From contig JALOCB010000007.1 in NCBI GenBank assembly GCA_023227985.1, positions 399 through 64,398 of the forward strand: a DNA stretch of 64,000 bases, given 5' to 3'. The stretch's first letter is position 1, and every line of letters begins with the position of its first letter. The notes below the pieces were generated by a model. The model was not told the origin of the DNA, ran no database searches, and saw nothing but the letters and a program-made list of their open reading frames with translations. This DNA is from Candidatus Omnitrophota bacterium (GTDB lineage Bacteria; Omnitrophota; Gorgyraeia; Gygaellales; Profunditerraquicolaceae). Of this stretch, positions 19,045-28,065 are shown piece after piece. The translations under genes were made by a program, and so were the position numbers.

Positions 19045-20028
19045 ATGATAATTTCCTGGAATACTACAAAAGCCTGTAATTTGAAGTGCGAGCACTGCTA
19101 CCGCGACGCCGGGCTTAAGGATCCTCAGGAGTTGAATACCTTTGAGGGCAAAGACCTGTTGTCGGAAATCGCCAAAAGCGGTTTTAAGATAGTTATACTC
19201 AGCGGCGGCGAGCCGTTGATGCGCAAAGATATTTTTGAGCTGATCTCTTTTGCCAAGGAGCAAGGATTAAGGCCGGTGTTGGGCTCTAACGGCACGTTGA
19301 TTACTTCGGATATTGCCAGGCGATTAAAGGAATGCGGCCTTAGCCGGGCGGGGATCAGCTTGGATAGCACGGATCCTGTTATACATGACGATTTCCGAAA
19401 GCAAAAGGGCGCGTGGCAAGCTACGGTGGACGCGATGAAGATATGTAAAAAAGAGGAGTTGGATTTTCAGGTGCATACTACTGTTACGAAGAGGAATTGG
19501 CGGGAGATCATCAAGATCACTGATTTTGTAGAGGGACTGGGCGCGAAAGCGCATCATATATTCTTCCTGGTCCCCAGCGGCAGGGGTAAGGAGATCAGCG
19601 ATGTCTTCATTTATTCAGAAGAGATCCGCCAGGTATTGGAAGAGATCTTAAATAAACAAAAACAGACAAAAATGGAATTAAAACCGGTTTGCGCCCCGCA
19701 GTTCGTGCCTTTGGCCCGCGAGATGGGATTGGACCTGCGTTTTCAAAAAGGCTGCCTGGCCGGAATAAGTTATTGCTGCATACTGCCTAACGGGGATGTA
19801 CATCCTTGCCCGTACCTTCCGCTCCTGGCTGGCAATGTCCGCCGGACCAAATTCAGCGAGTTATGGAAGAGCAGCGATATTTTTCTTAAACTGCGCTCAG
19901 GTGATTACAGCGGTTCATGCGGGTCCTGCGTGAATAAGGATTCCTGCGCGGGATGCCGGGCGCGGGCTTATCATGACAGCGGGGACCTTATGTCAGAGGA
20001 CCCGGAGTGTTTTTATAATGTTAAATAA
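19045..20028 (+). CDS. Radical SAM/SPASM-domain enzyme, probably AhbD-like heme synthase
   Basis: CNLKCEHCY plus a Cys-rich C-terminus (CCILPNGDVHPCPY...CGSCVNKDSCAGC). The start at MIISWN is inferred. Confidence 0.55.
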   Translation: MIISWNTTKACNLKCEHCYRDAGLKDPQELNTFEGKDLLSEIAKSGFKIVILSGGEPLMRKDIFELISFAKEQGLRPVLGSNGTLITSDIARRLKECGLSRAGISLDSTDPVIHDDFRKQKGAWQATVDAMKICKKEELDFQVHTTVTKRNWREIIKITDFVEGLGAKAHHIFFLVPSGRGKEISDVFIYSEEIRQVLEEILNKQKQTKMELKPVCAPQFVPLAREMGLDLRFQKGCLAGISYCCILPNGDVHPCPYLPLLAGNVRRTKFSELWKSSDIFLKLRSGDYSGSCGSCVNKDSCAGCRARAYHDSGDLMSEDPECFYNVK

Positions 20029-21004
20029 GAGTGACCGGTTATTGCTGGAGGAATTGCAGGATGGATTCCCGTTAAACTCCCGTCCGTACGCACGGATCGC
20101 CGCCAGGATCGGGATGAGCGAAAAAGCGCTTATCCATAAGCTTAAGAAGTTAAAGAAGGATAAGGTTATCCGTTATGTGGGGGCGATCTTTGATAACCGG
20201 GCGCTGGGGGTTAATTCGACGTTAGTGGCGATGGCTGTGCCGGAAAATTCGCTATCCCGAGTGGTTGATCTGGTTAACGCTCTTCCGCAGGTAAGCCATA
20301 ATTATTTAAGGGGCGGGGAATTCAACCTTTGGTTCACACTTTCCGCGGCGGACAAAGCCGGATTGAAAAAGTTGTTGGCGTGGATAAAGAAAGAAACCGG
20401 GATAAAGAAGTGTCTGGGGCTGGATACTGTAAGGGTGTTTAAGATCAACGCCAGGTTTGATCTGGGAACGGGCAATAAATCGAAAGTGGCAATGGCCGCA
20501 AGCTGTAAAAAACATTGCGGTACGGCTCCCGCGTCAGAGATAAAATATATTTCCGGATTGAATAAGCCCATGGAGATTACTGAGCGGCCATTTGCGCTTT
20601 TAGCCGATAATCTGGGGTTGAGCACGGAGCGCGTGCTTAAACTACTCGCGGGTTATAAGAAGAAAGGATGGCTGCGCAGGATCGGGATGATCCTGGATCA
20701 TTTAAGCGCCGGGCTCAGATCAAATGCCTTGGTGGTATGGAAAGTCCCGGAAACTAGGATAGAAGCCGCGGCAAAGTGCTTCAGCGCGTTTTCCGGGATA
20801 AGCCATTGTTACCAGAGACGTGTTTTTACGGATTGGCCGTATAATATTTATACCATGCTGCACGCCTCGGATAAGAAATCAGCTGTTGAACTGATAAAAC
20901 GCATTTCTGATAGCGCCGGCCTGAAGCAATACCGGGTTTTGTTTACCCTGAAAGAACTGAAAAAGGAAAAGACCGATCTTGAAAAAATATTTAACCCCTG
21001 TTAA
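20018..21004 (+). CDS. Fused siroheme decarboxylase AhbA/AhbB (NirDL/NirGH-like; two Lrp/AsnC-type repeats)
   Basis: Two tandem repeats. The first begins MLNKSDRLLLEELQDGFPLNSRPYARIA (wHTH plus RAM-like), the second at ~175. Overlaps the upstream gene. Confidence 0.7.
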   Translation: MLNKSDRLLLEELQDGFPLNSRPYARIAARIGMSEKALIHKLKKLKKDKVIRYVGAIFDNRALGVNSTLVAMAVPENSLSRVVDLVNALPQVSHNYLRGGEFNLWFTLSAADKAGLKKLLAWIKKETGIKKCLGLDTVRVFKINARFDLGTGNKSKVAMAASCKKHCGTAPASEIKYISGLNKPMEITERPFALLADNLGLSTERVLKLLAGYKKKGWLRRIGMILDHLSAGLRSNALVVWKVPETRIEAAAKCFSAFSGISHCYQRRVFTDWPYNIYTMLHASDKKSAVELIKRISDSAGLKQYRVLFTLKELKKEKTDLEKIFNPC

Positions 21005-21019
21005 CAAGGCAGGCTGATT

Positions 21020-21370
21020 ATGGATGAGCGAAGGAAATATATCAGGGTTAGCAGTAAAATAAGGGTTGTTTGTAAAGCGGCCGGTGACACCCAGGAACAT
21101 AATGCTTATACGGCCGATATATCCGCTGGAGGCGTTTGTTTGTGGCTGGTGAAGATAATCAAGCCGGGAACTATGCTGGATATGGATTTTTATCTTCCTG
21201 CGATCAAGGAGCCGTTTATCTGCAAGGGCCGGGTCCTGCGACAGAGTTTGCGGCCCCATAAAGGACCGGACGACAAGTTCTATTATGAGACAGGTATGGT
21301 TTTTGATGGTCTTTCTCTCAAGAACCGGATGGCGCTGATTTATTACGTGCACGAAAAAATGAAGGAATAA
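21020..21370 (+). CDS. PilZ-domain protein (c-di-GMP receptor-like)
   Basis: RRKYIRV...DISAGGVCL matches the PilZ RxxxR and DxSxGG motifs. 116 aa. Confidence 0.6.
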   Translation: MDERRKYIRVSSKIRVVCKAAGDTQEHNAYTADISAGGVCLWLVKIIKPGTMLDMDFYLPAIKEPFICKGRVLRQSLRPHKGPDDKFYYETGMVFDGLSLKNRMALIYYVHEKMKE

Positions 21371-21428
21371 AGGGCGTTAGCCCGGGTTTATTGCCTAAAG
21401 ATATTCTTGCCAAAAGAAAGGCTGAGAA

Positions 21429-21797
21429 ATGATAAAAGAAAAAAGAAAATATAAGCGGGTCATGGTAAAGATAAACCTCATTTATAAAGTGATGGGGGTT
21501 AGAGGAGAGGCTTCATTGTGGACCGTGGATCTGGGCGGCGGCGGTCTCAGGCTGCAGCTTAGAGAAAAGGCCAAGCCCGGGACGATGGTGGAAATGGGCA
21601 TATCCGTTCCTCCAGGTGACCCGATATTTTTCTCTCTGGGCAGGATCGTCTGGCAGCGCAGATGCCCGGATAATGTGGAGGAACCTTTAAGATACTACGA
21701 AACCGGGGTGGAGTTTGTGAAGATGGATGTTGAGAACCGGGCCAAGGTGATCAAGTTCGTGCACGCGAAATTAAAAGAGACGGGAAATGAATCTTAA
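21429..21797 (+). CDS. PilZ-domain protein, tandem paralog
   Basis: KRKYKRV...DLGGGGLRLQ. 122 aa. Confidence 0.6.
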   Translation: MIKEKRKYKRVMVKINLIYKVMGVRGEASLWTVDLGGGGLRLQLREKAKPGTMVEMGISVPPGDPIFFSLGRIVWQRRCPDNVEEPLRYYETGVEFVKMDVENRAKVIKFVHAKLKETGNES

Positions 21798-23067
21798 GCG
21801 TTCGGAGAAGGCGTTCAAGCAGGCGGTCAAGTTCCTGGCCGGCGGGGTGAACAGCCCGGTGCGGGCCTTTAAAGCTGTGGGCGGCAGCCCGCTTTTTATT
21901 AAAAAGGCTGTTGGTTCGAAGATATCCGATCTGGATAATAATCGTTATGTCGATTATGTGATGAGTTGGGGGGCGATGATCTTGGGGCATTTGCATCCGT
22001 CTGTCGTAAAAGCGGTGAAGAATGCCTTGAATTCGGGGATGAGCTTCGGTGCTCCCACTGAGAATGAAACCCTTCTCGGCCGGATGATCTCGGAGGCTGT
22101 CCCTTCCGTGGAGATGATCCGCTTGGTAAATTCCGGGACAGAGGCTGCAATGAGCGCCATAAGGCTGGCCCGGGGTTATACCAAAAGGGATAAAATAGTC
22201 AAATTCGACGGATGTTATCATGGCCATTGCGACAGCCTTCTGGTAAAAGCCGGCTCAGGCGCGGCGACATTCGGGGTTTCTGACAGCGCTGGAGTTACCG
22301 CGAGCTTAAGCAAGGATACAATAGTATTGCCTTACAATGATATCGACGCTCTGAGGACCGCGTTAAAAGAAAACCATAAAGATATTGCCTGCGTGATAAT
22401 AGAGCCGGTAGCCGCGAATATGGGCGTGGTTATGCCGGAAATAGATTTTTTGGTTTGTTTACGGGAGTTGACCGCGAAATACAAGATCGTCCTGATATTT
22501 GACGAGGTTATCTCCGGTTTTCGTTTCACTTTCGGCGGGGCGCAAAGTCTTTTCGGGATAGAACCCGATCTTACCTGTCTGGGGAAAATAATCGGCGGAG
22601 GCATGCCTTTGGCTGCTTACGGCGGCAGAAAAGAGATAATGGGGTGTTTAAGTCCCTTAGGAGGCGTTTATCAGGCTGGGACGCTCTCCGGCAATCCCAT
22701 AGCCGTGAGCGCGGGGATCTCTACTTTGAATGCACTCTCAAAACTGGATTATCTGGAGCTGAATGAAAAAGCAATTGAACTATGCCAGGTCATGGAAGAC
22801 AGTTTAATGCGGAATAACCGGAAATTTACGATCAACCGGGCAGGTTCGATCTTCACGTTTTTCTTCACTGAAAATAAAGTCCGGGATTTCAAGAGCGCTA
22901 AAGGTTCCGATACCCGGAAATACGCGGTGTATTTCCGGGAGATGCTCAAACAGGGGATATATCTCGCGCCTTCCCAGTTCGAGGCGAATTTCGTTTCTTT
23001 CGCGCATACCGACGAAGACCTGCGTAAGACCGTAAAAGCGTTCAATAAGGCGATAAAGAAAATATAA
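21787..23067 (+). CDS. hemL: Glutamate-1-semialdehyde 2,1-aminomutase
   Basis: GGVNSPVRAFKAVGG and the PLP-lysine region. 426 aa. Confidence 0.9.
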   Translation: MNLKRSEKAFKQAVKFLAGGVNSPVRAFKAVGGSPLFIKKAVGSKISDLDNNRYVDYVMSWGAMILGHLHPSVVKAVKNALNSGMSFGAPTENETLLGRMISEAVPSVEMIRLVNSGTEAAMSAIRLARGYTKRDKIVKFDGCYHGHCDSLLVKAGSGAATFGVSDSAGVTASLSKDTIVLPYNDIDALRTALKENHKDIACVIIEPVAANMGVVMPEIDFLVCLRELTAKYKIVLIFDEVISGFRFTFGGAQSLFGIEPDLTCLGKIIGGGMPLAAYGGRKEIMGCLSPLGGVYQAGTLSGNPIAVSAGISTLNALSKLDYLELNEKAIELCQVMEDSLMRNNRKFTINRAGSIFTFFFTENKVRDFKSAKGSDTRKYAVYFREMLKQGIYLAPSQFEANFVSFAHTDEDLRKTVKAFNKAIKKI

Positions 23068-23084
23068 ATTAATCGGGGGGTTGT

Positions 23085-24098
23085 ATGTGCCTGTCTGGGT
23101 TGAAAGAAAACAAAATAGTTAAATTTCTTGGTTCGATAAAATTAGCTTTTATATTGTTTTGCTGTTTGATCCTGGCTTGCCTGTACGGGGCCCTGGTTCC
23201 CGAAGAGCTCAGGCCGGAAGTATATTATAGTTGGTGGTTCTTGTCGTTGTTGTTCTTATTCGCCGGCAATCTTTTGATCTGCGGTTTATCCAGGTTTGCC
23301 AGGTCTTTTAATAAATTAGGCTCCACTCTTACGCACGCGGCTGTTCTGGTTATTCTGGCGGGATCGCTGTACAGTTATCTTTTCGCGGTGCGCGGGACCA
23401 TTGAATTCACCGAAGGACAGGGGATCGATAGTTTTGTCTCCAATAAAGGAGAACAATCCCTGGGGTTTGAGGTGGTCCTGGATGATTTTAACCTCGCCTG
23501 GTATGCGCCCTATAATTACAAGGTTAAGTTTTTTGTGCAGGATAAGGGAATAAAGGGAGTAGCACTGGTAAAACAGCATAAGCCGTACGCTATAAAAGGG
23601 AGCGGTTATTTGTTCACTGTGCTGGAATATTTTCCGGATTTCAAGATGGGCGAGGATGGCGTCCCGCGGAATAATTCCGAACAGCCGGATAACCCGGCGG
23701 TCCTGATCGAGATCAAGGGCCTCGGAGGCATCGAGCAGAGATGGTTGTTCGCCAGACATCCGGAGATCTCGATGTCCAGCGACAAGAATATAAAATTCCT
23801 GTTCAGCATAGCCCCGGCGATCCGTGAATTTTCCAGCAGGGTAAGGTTCATAGACGGCAGCCAACAGGCGCAAAGAGTGATCAAGGTCAATTCGCCCTGT
23901 GAATTCAAAGGCTATACTTTTTATCAGTCCGGTTATGACGCAGGAAGGCTGGATTGGACAGCTTTGGATGTGGTAAAAGACCCGGGTGTTTTTTGGGTCT
24001 TTATCGGTTTTATACTTTTAAACTTCGGTATAATCATTAATTATCTTCAGAAGATAAAGCCGGTTAAAGATGGCGGAAAGGGGGCTGCATGCAGGTAA
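23085..24098 (+). CDS. ccsB: ResB/CcsB-like cytochrome c biogenesis protein (short form)
   Basis: N-terminal TM helices, a large soluble domain and a C-terminal TM. It sits directly upstream of ccsA and overlaps it. At 337 aa it is shorter than typical ResB. Confidence 0.5.
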   Translation: MCLSGLKENKIVKFLGSIKLAFILFCCLILACLYGALVPEELRPEVYYSWWFLSLLFLFAGNLLICGLSRFARSFNKLGSTLTHAAVLVILAGSLYSYLFAVRGTIEFTEGQGIDSFVSNKGEQSLGFEVVLDDFNLAWYAPYNYKVKFFVQDKGIKGVALVKQHKPYAIKGSGYLFTVLEYFPDFKMGEDGVPRNNSEQPDNPAVLIEIKGLGGIEQRWLFARHPEISMSSDKNIKFLFSIAPAIREFSSRVRFIDGSQQAQRVIKVNSPCEFKGYTFYQSGYDAGRLDWTALDVVKDPGVFWVFIGFILLNFGIIINYLQKIKPVKDGGKGAACR

Positions 24099-24880
24099 TC
24101 TTTCTAAGGATAGCCCTTGGTTCTTATCTGCTGTCATTTTTGTCAGGCTGGTTGAATTCATATTTTAGAAACGATCTTTTCCCGATGCTGGCGGTATGGC
24201 TGTTGAAGGCGGGGTTTTTACTGCATACGCTGATACTGGCTATGCGCTGGTATGAGGCTAAGCGTCCCCCCTTCGCTAATATGTACGAGGCGTTGGTGCT
24301 TTTCGCCTGGTCAATAATACTTATTTACATGCTTTTTGACCTTATTTACAAGATCAGGTTTATCTCCAGGCCGGTCACTGCGTTGGTCCTTATTGTCATG
24401 GGTTTTGCCGCGGTTTTAGATAATTCCATCGGGCCGTTAATGCCGGCGCTGCAAAGCAGGTGGATAATCATTCACGTGGTAAGTTATTTCCTGGGATACG
24501 CGGCAATGAGCTTATCGGTTATTTGCGGGATATATTTTTTGAATAGCAGCAAGGGCGTTAATCCGAATGAGGAAAAATTAAGAACCCTGGACAGTTTGGG
24601 TTATTACAGCATAGCTTTTGCGTTCCCTTTTTTGACTATAGGTATGACCACAGGGTCGATATGGGCGAATGTGGCCTGGGGCACATACTGGAACTGGGAC
24701 CCTAAAGAGACTTGTTCATTGATTACCTGGATGGTCTACGCTTTATACCTGCATCTGAGGATGTTTAAAGGGCTGAAAGCCGAAAAAGCGGCATGGCTTT
24801 CCGTGATCGGATATTTTGCCGTGCTCTTTACCTTTGTCGGCGTGAATTTCATTCTCCCCGGCTTGCACAGCTATTCCTAA
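24089..24880 (+). CDS. ccsA: Cytochrome c-type biogenesis protein CcsA/ResC (system II heme lyase)
   Basis: A WWD motif (WGTYWNWDPKETCSLITWMVYALYLHLR) in a polytopic membrane protein. Confidence 0.8.
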   Translation: MQVIFLRIALGSYLLSFLSGWLNSYFRNDLFPMLAVWLLKAGFLLHTLILAMRWYEAKRPPFANMYEALVLFAWSIILIYMLFDLIYKIRFISRPVTALVLIVMGFAAVLDNSIGPLMPALQSRWIIIHVVSYFLGYAAMSLSVICGIYFLNSSKGVNPNEEKLRTLDSLGYYSIAFAFPFLTIGMTTGSIWANVAWGTYWNWDPKETCSLITWMVYALYLHLRMFKGLKAEKAAWLSVIGYFAVLFTFVGVNFILPGLHSYS

Positions 24881-24886
24881 CCCCCT

Positions 24887-24995
24887 GTAGACGTTGTACG
24901 TAATTAATTGTCCCACTTAGAGTTACAAATAAATGTTTTTAAAAAACATTTATTTGTAACTGCCTATTCCGTAGCAGGTTAGCTACAACGTCTAC
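24887..24995. repeat. MITE-like palindromic element with 12-bp terminal inverted repeats and an internal 39-bp perfect palindrome
   Basis: GTAGACGTTGTA...TACAACGTCTAC flanks GTTACAAATAAATGTTTTTAAAAAACATTTATTTGTAAC (24922-24960). A degenerate second copy is at 36679-36790. Confidence 0.55.
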
Positions 24996-25008
24996 CGGTT
25001 TTATTTTA

Positions 25009-25037
25009 CTTGACATGATTTTGGAATAGTGTTATTA
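25009..25037 (+). promoter_or_regulatory. Candidate sigma70-like promoter for nikR
   Basis: TTGACA with a 17-nt spacer to TATTAT. The RBS GGAGAGGGG precedes the ATG at 25070. Confidence 0.4.
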
Positions 25038-25069
25038 TTTTAATAATCGTAATATTAAGGAGAGGGGTA

Positions 25070-25486
25070 ATGTCGGAACTGGTAAGGTTCGGGGTATCGC
25101 TGGAAAAGGAGCTTTTACGCAAGCTTGATGGGTTGCGCCTAGAAAAAGGTTATCCCAACCGCTCAGAGGCGATCCGGGACCTTGTGCGCAAAGAGCTGGT
25201 CAAGAAGGAATGGGATGATGGCAAGGAAGTGGTCGGAGCGATAACTCTGGTTTATGACCACCATAAAAGAGAGTTGGTCAATAAACTGACTAATTTACAG
25301 CATGATTTTACCGGCTTGATCTTCGCCAGCCAGCATATTCATATCGATCATCATAATTGCATGGAGATTATAGCGGTGAAGGGCGCCCCGTCGAATATCG
25401 AAGAGCTTTCCGATAAGATGAAAGGGACTAAGGGGGTTAAATTCGGGGCTTTAAGCATGGCTACTACGGGTAGGGGCTTGGAATAA
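25070..25486 (+). CDS. nikR: Nickel-responsive transcriptional regulator NikR
   Basis: An N-terminal ribbon-helix-helix (MSELVRFGVSLEKELL...RSEAIRDLVR) and a C-terminal His/Cys metal-binding region (HIHIDHHNC). Confidence 0.8.
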   Translation: MSELVRFGVSLEKELLRKLDGLRLEKGYPNRSEAIRDLVRKELVKKEWDDGKEVVGAITLVYDHHKRELVNKLTNLQHDFTGLIFASQHIHIDHHNCMEIIAVKGAPSNIEELSDKMKGTKGVKFGALSMATTGRGLE

Positions 25487-25554
25487 TTATGGGGATTATT
25501 TTTTTGTCCGTTGGTAACACGATTATTTAAATCGTGCTAAAAAAGGAGGTGCGC

Positions 25555-26907
25555 GTGTTACGGGGTAGAATGGCCATAAATATTCTTTTGGGGATTTGTG
25601 TTGTCTTCTGTTTCCGGCAGGGCGTCGGTTTTGCCGCGGATACTGTCGCGAATGAGGATGTGCTCGAGCAGATACGGTATCTTAAGAAAACCATCCGGGA
25701 ACAGCAGCAAAAGATCGAAGCGCTTGAGCATCGGGTATCCCGTCAGGAAAACACCGGCCGGGAGATCGGAACTATTGTGCCGGTTTCGGAGATCGACCGG
25801 CGTATTGACGAACGCCTCTCCCAGAAAGCCCCGGCGTATCAATTAATGGAAGGGTTATCCATGAGCGTGGGAGCTACCACTATTGTGCAGTCAGTGCACA
25901 ACGCCAATGGGGCAACCCAGCTTTCCGGCAAAGAGGATGTTACCGATAGCTCTGTTTCCACCGATATCACGCTCAATAAGAAATTCGAGGATTACGGTGA
26001 AGGGTTCGTGTATGTTACCGCGGGTCAGGGCAAAGGCGTTGAAGATGAGTTACAGTTGTACAGTAATGTGAACTATGACGCTGACGATGACCAGAATGTG
26101 CGTTTGTCAGAGGCGTGGTATGAACATTATTTCAAGTCTGTTTCCGGGGCGCTCGCTTTCGGTAAACTTGATCCCACAAAATATATCGATACTAACAGTT
26201 ACGCTAATGACGAGACAACGCAGTTCCTGGGCAGGATGTTCCGGAATTCCGCGGTCGTTGAATTTCCCTCTAACGCTGGCGGCGCGCATTTCGGAGCCTC
26301 GCCTAGCGAGTTTTACAGTATTAATCTTGTGGCAGTGGACGCGGATGCGGATTGGGAGGATGCGTTCGACGGGATGTTCCTCGCCGGCCAGTTTAATCTC
26401 AAACCTAAACTGTTCAACCGGGAAGGCAACTACCGTTTCTTTGTCTGGAATAACGGGGCCAACCACAGTAATTGGTCGGATCCGGCAAAGGATAAGGAGA
26501 ACGGTTATGGATACGGCTTAAGCTTTGACCAGGAATTGACCGATAACCTGGGTATTTTTGCCCGTTACGGCTGGCAGGACCCCAAGGTATATATGAACGG
26601 CAGCGATTTCTCGCTTGAACAATCATGGAGCATCGGACCGCAGATCAAAGGGGTTTTATGGGGCAGGCCGGATGATGTTGTTGGTATAGGCTTTGGCCAG
26701 ATCATACCTTCCAATAAGTACAAGCAGGCGAATAACCTTCAGGCTAAGACTGAAAGTCATATGGAATGCTATTATAATTTCAAGATTAATGAGCATTTAA
26801 GCCTCAGCCCGGACCTGCAGGTTATCTGGCAGCCTTACGGCAAGGACAGCGCTAACGGCGACGGGACTATTGTTGTGGGCGGCTTGCGGGGACAGTTGGA
26901 CTTTTAA
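25555..26907 (+). CDS. Outer-membrane beta-barrel porin-like protein (OprB/carbohydrate-porin-like) with a signal peptide and an N-terminal coiled coil
   Basis: GTG start after AGGAGG. Signal peptide AINILLGICVVFCFRQGVGFA. A coiled-coil segment (EQIRYLKKTIREQQQKIEALEHRV). The rest is beta-rich and ends in ...GQLDF, an aromatic terminus. Confidence 0.45.
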   Translation: MLRGRMAINILLGICVVFCFRQGVGFAADTVANEDVLEQIRYLKKTIREQQQKIEALEHRVSRQENTGREIGTIVPVSEIDRRIDERLSQKAPAYQLMEGLSMSVGATTIVQSVHNANGATQLSGKEDVTDSSVSTDITLNKKFEDYGEGFVYVTAGQGKGVEDELQLYSNVNYDADDDQNVRLSEAWYEHYFKSVSGALAFGKLDPTKYIDTNSYANDETTQFLGRMFRNSAVVEFPSNAGGAHFGASPSEFYSINLVAVDADADWEDAFDGMFLAGQFNLKPKLFNREGNYRFFVWNNGANHSNWSDPAKDKENGYGYGLSFDQELTDNLGIFARYGWQDPKVYMNGSDFSLEQSWSIGPQIKGVLWGRPDDVVGIGFGQIIPSNKYKQANNLQAKTESHMECYYNFKINEHLSLSPDLQVIWQPYGKDSANGDGTIVVGGLRGQLDF

Positions 26908-26946
26908 CGAAAAACTAGTATAATATTTAACAATGGAGGAATTGCG

Positions 26947-28005
26947 ATGCATATGGCAGACGCGTTGATATCCCCGGTTGTGGGCGGGGCTATGTGGGCT
27001 GTTACCGCGGGGCTTATCGCGTACAGCGCTAAAAAGGTCAGGGAGGAAGCGGATGACCGTAAAGTTCCGCTTATGGGCGTGCTGGGCGCTTTTATATTCG
27101 CCGCGCAGATGATCAATTTCAGCATTCCGGCTACAGGATCAAGCGGCCATTTGGGCGGAGGGATGATCCTGGCTATCATCTTAGGGCCTTACGCGGCTTT
27201 TTTGGTCATGGCCTCAGTGCTTATCGTCCAGGCGCTTTTTTTTGCCGACGGAGGCCTGCTCGCGCTGGGCTGCAATATTTTTAATCTGGGATTCTTTCCT
27301 GCTTTTATCGCCTACCCTTTGATCTATCGCAAGATCGCCGGAGATGGTTCTTCATCAAAGCGCATTATGACGGCTGCGATTATTGCCGGGGTGATCGGGT
27401 TGCAATTGGGCGCGTTTAGTGTTGTCCTGGAAACGATATTTTCAGGCATATCCGAACTGCCGTTCAGCACATTCGTATTGTTGATGCAGCCGATCCATTT
27501 GGCTATAGGTGTTGTGGAAGGGCTGGTTACCGCCGCAGTGGTAACCTTTGTCTGGAAGGCCCGGCCGGAGATATTGAACGCTGCCGCGCATTCTACGGCG
27601 ATAGAGAAAGTAGATACCAGAAAGGTCATTACGGGGTTATTAGTGGCCGCTATTGTAGTTGGAGGGGCATTAAGCTGGTTCGCTTCAGCCAATCCTGACG
27701 GTCTGGAATGGGCGATGTTCAAGACTTCGGGCAAAGAAGAACTAGAGAGCGTTGATCCTGTCCACGTTTCTGCTTCCAGCATCCAGGAGAAAACCGCGTT
27801 TCTGCCGGACTATGGTTTTAAGAAAAACGAATCTGCTCAAGTATTTACTGATGTCAACGCTTTAGAAGCAGCGGTAAAACCATCCTGGCCGGCGGTTGAT
27901 CCGGGGACCTCTGTATCAGGGCTGGCCGGGGGAGCTTTGACCATAGCCTTGGTATTTTTGATCGGACTATTGGTTAAACGCCGTACTCCGAAAAGCGCGG
28001 GTTAA
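26947..28005 (+). CDS. ECF-type Ni/Co transporter substrate-capture component CbiM/NikM with a fused N-like C-terminal extension (NikMN)
   Basis: Starts MHMADAL (a CbiM-type N-terminus with His2). The CbiM core is followed by an extra ~120 aa containing a TM segment. 352 aa. Confidence 0.7.
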   Translation: MHMADALISPVVGGAMWAVTAGLIAYSAKKVREEADDRKVPLMGVLGAFIFAAQMINFSIPATGSSGHLGGGMILAIILGPYAAFLVMASVLIVQALFFADGGLLALGCNIFNLGFFPAFIAYPLIYRKIAGDGSSSKRIMTAAIIAGVIGLQLGAFSVVLETIFSGISELPFSTFVLLMQPIHLAIGVVEGLVTAAVVTFVWKARPEILNAAAHSTAIEKVDTRKVITGLLVAAIVVGGALSWFASANPDGLEWAMFKTSGKEELESVDPVHVSASSIQEKTAFLPDYGFKKNESAQVFTDVNALEAAVKPSWPAVDPGTSVSGLAGGALTIALVFLIGLLVKRRTPKSAG

Positions 28006-28065
28006 CCCGATCATTTACATAAAGGGGCATTCAGCAGGCAGTGCCGGTAGCCGGTACTGCCTGCC

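Noticed and set aside
24922-24960. The 39-bp perfect palindrome read as the NikR operator.
   Set aside because: It lies ~50-90 bp upstream of the candidate -35 rather than overlapping the promoter. It is embedded in a TIR-bounded element that has a second degraded copy far from any nik gene. A MITE or terminator interpretation is therefore favoured, though it cannot be excluded as an operator.
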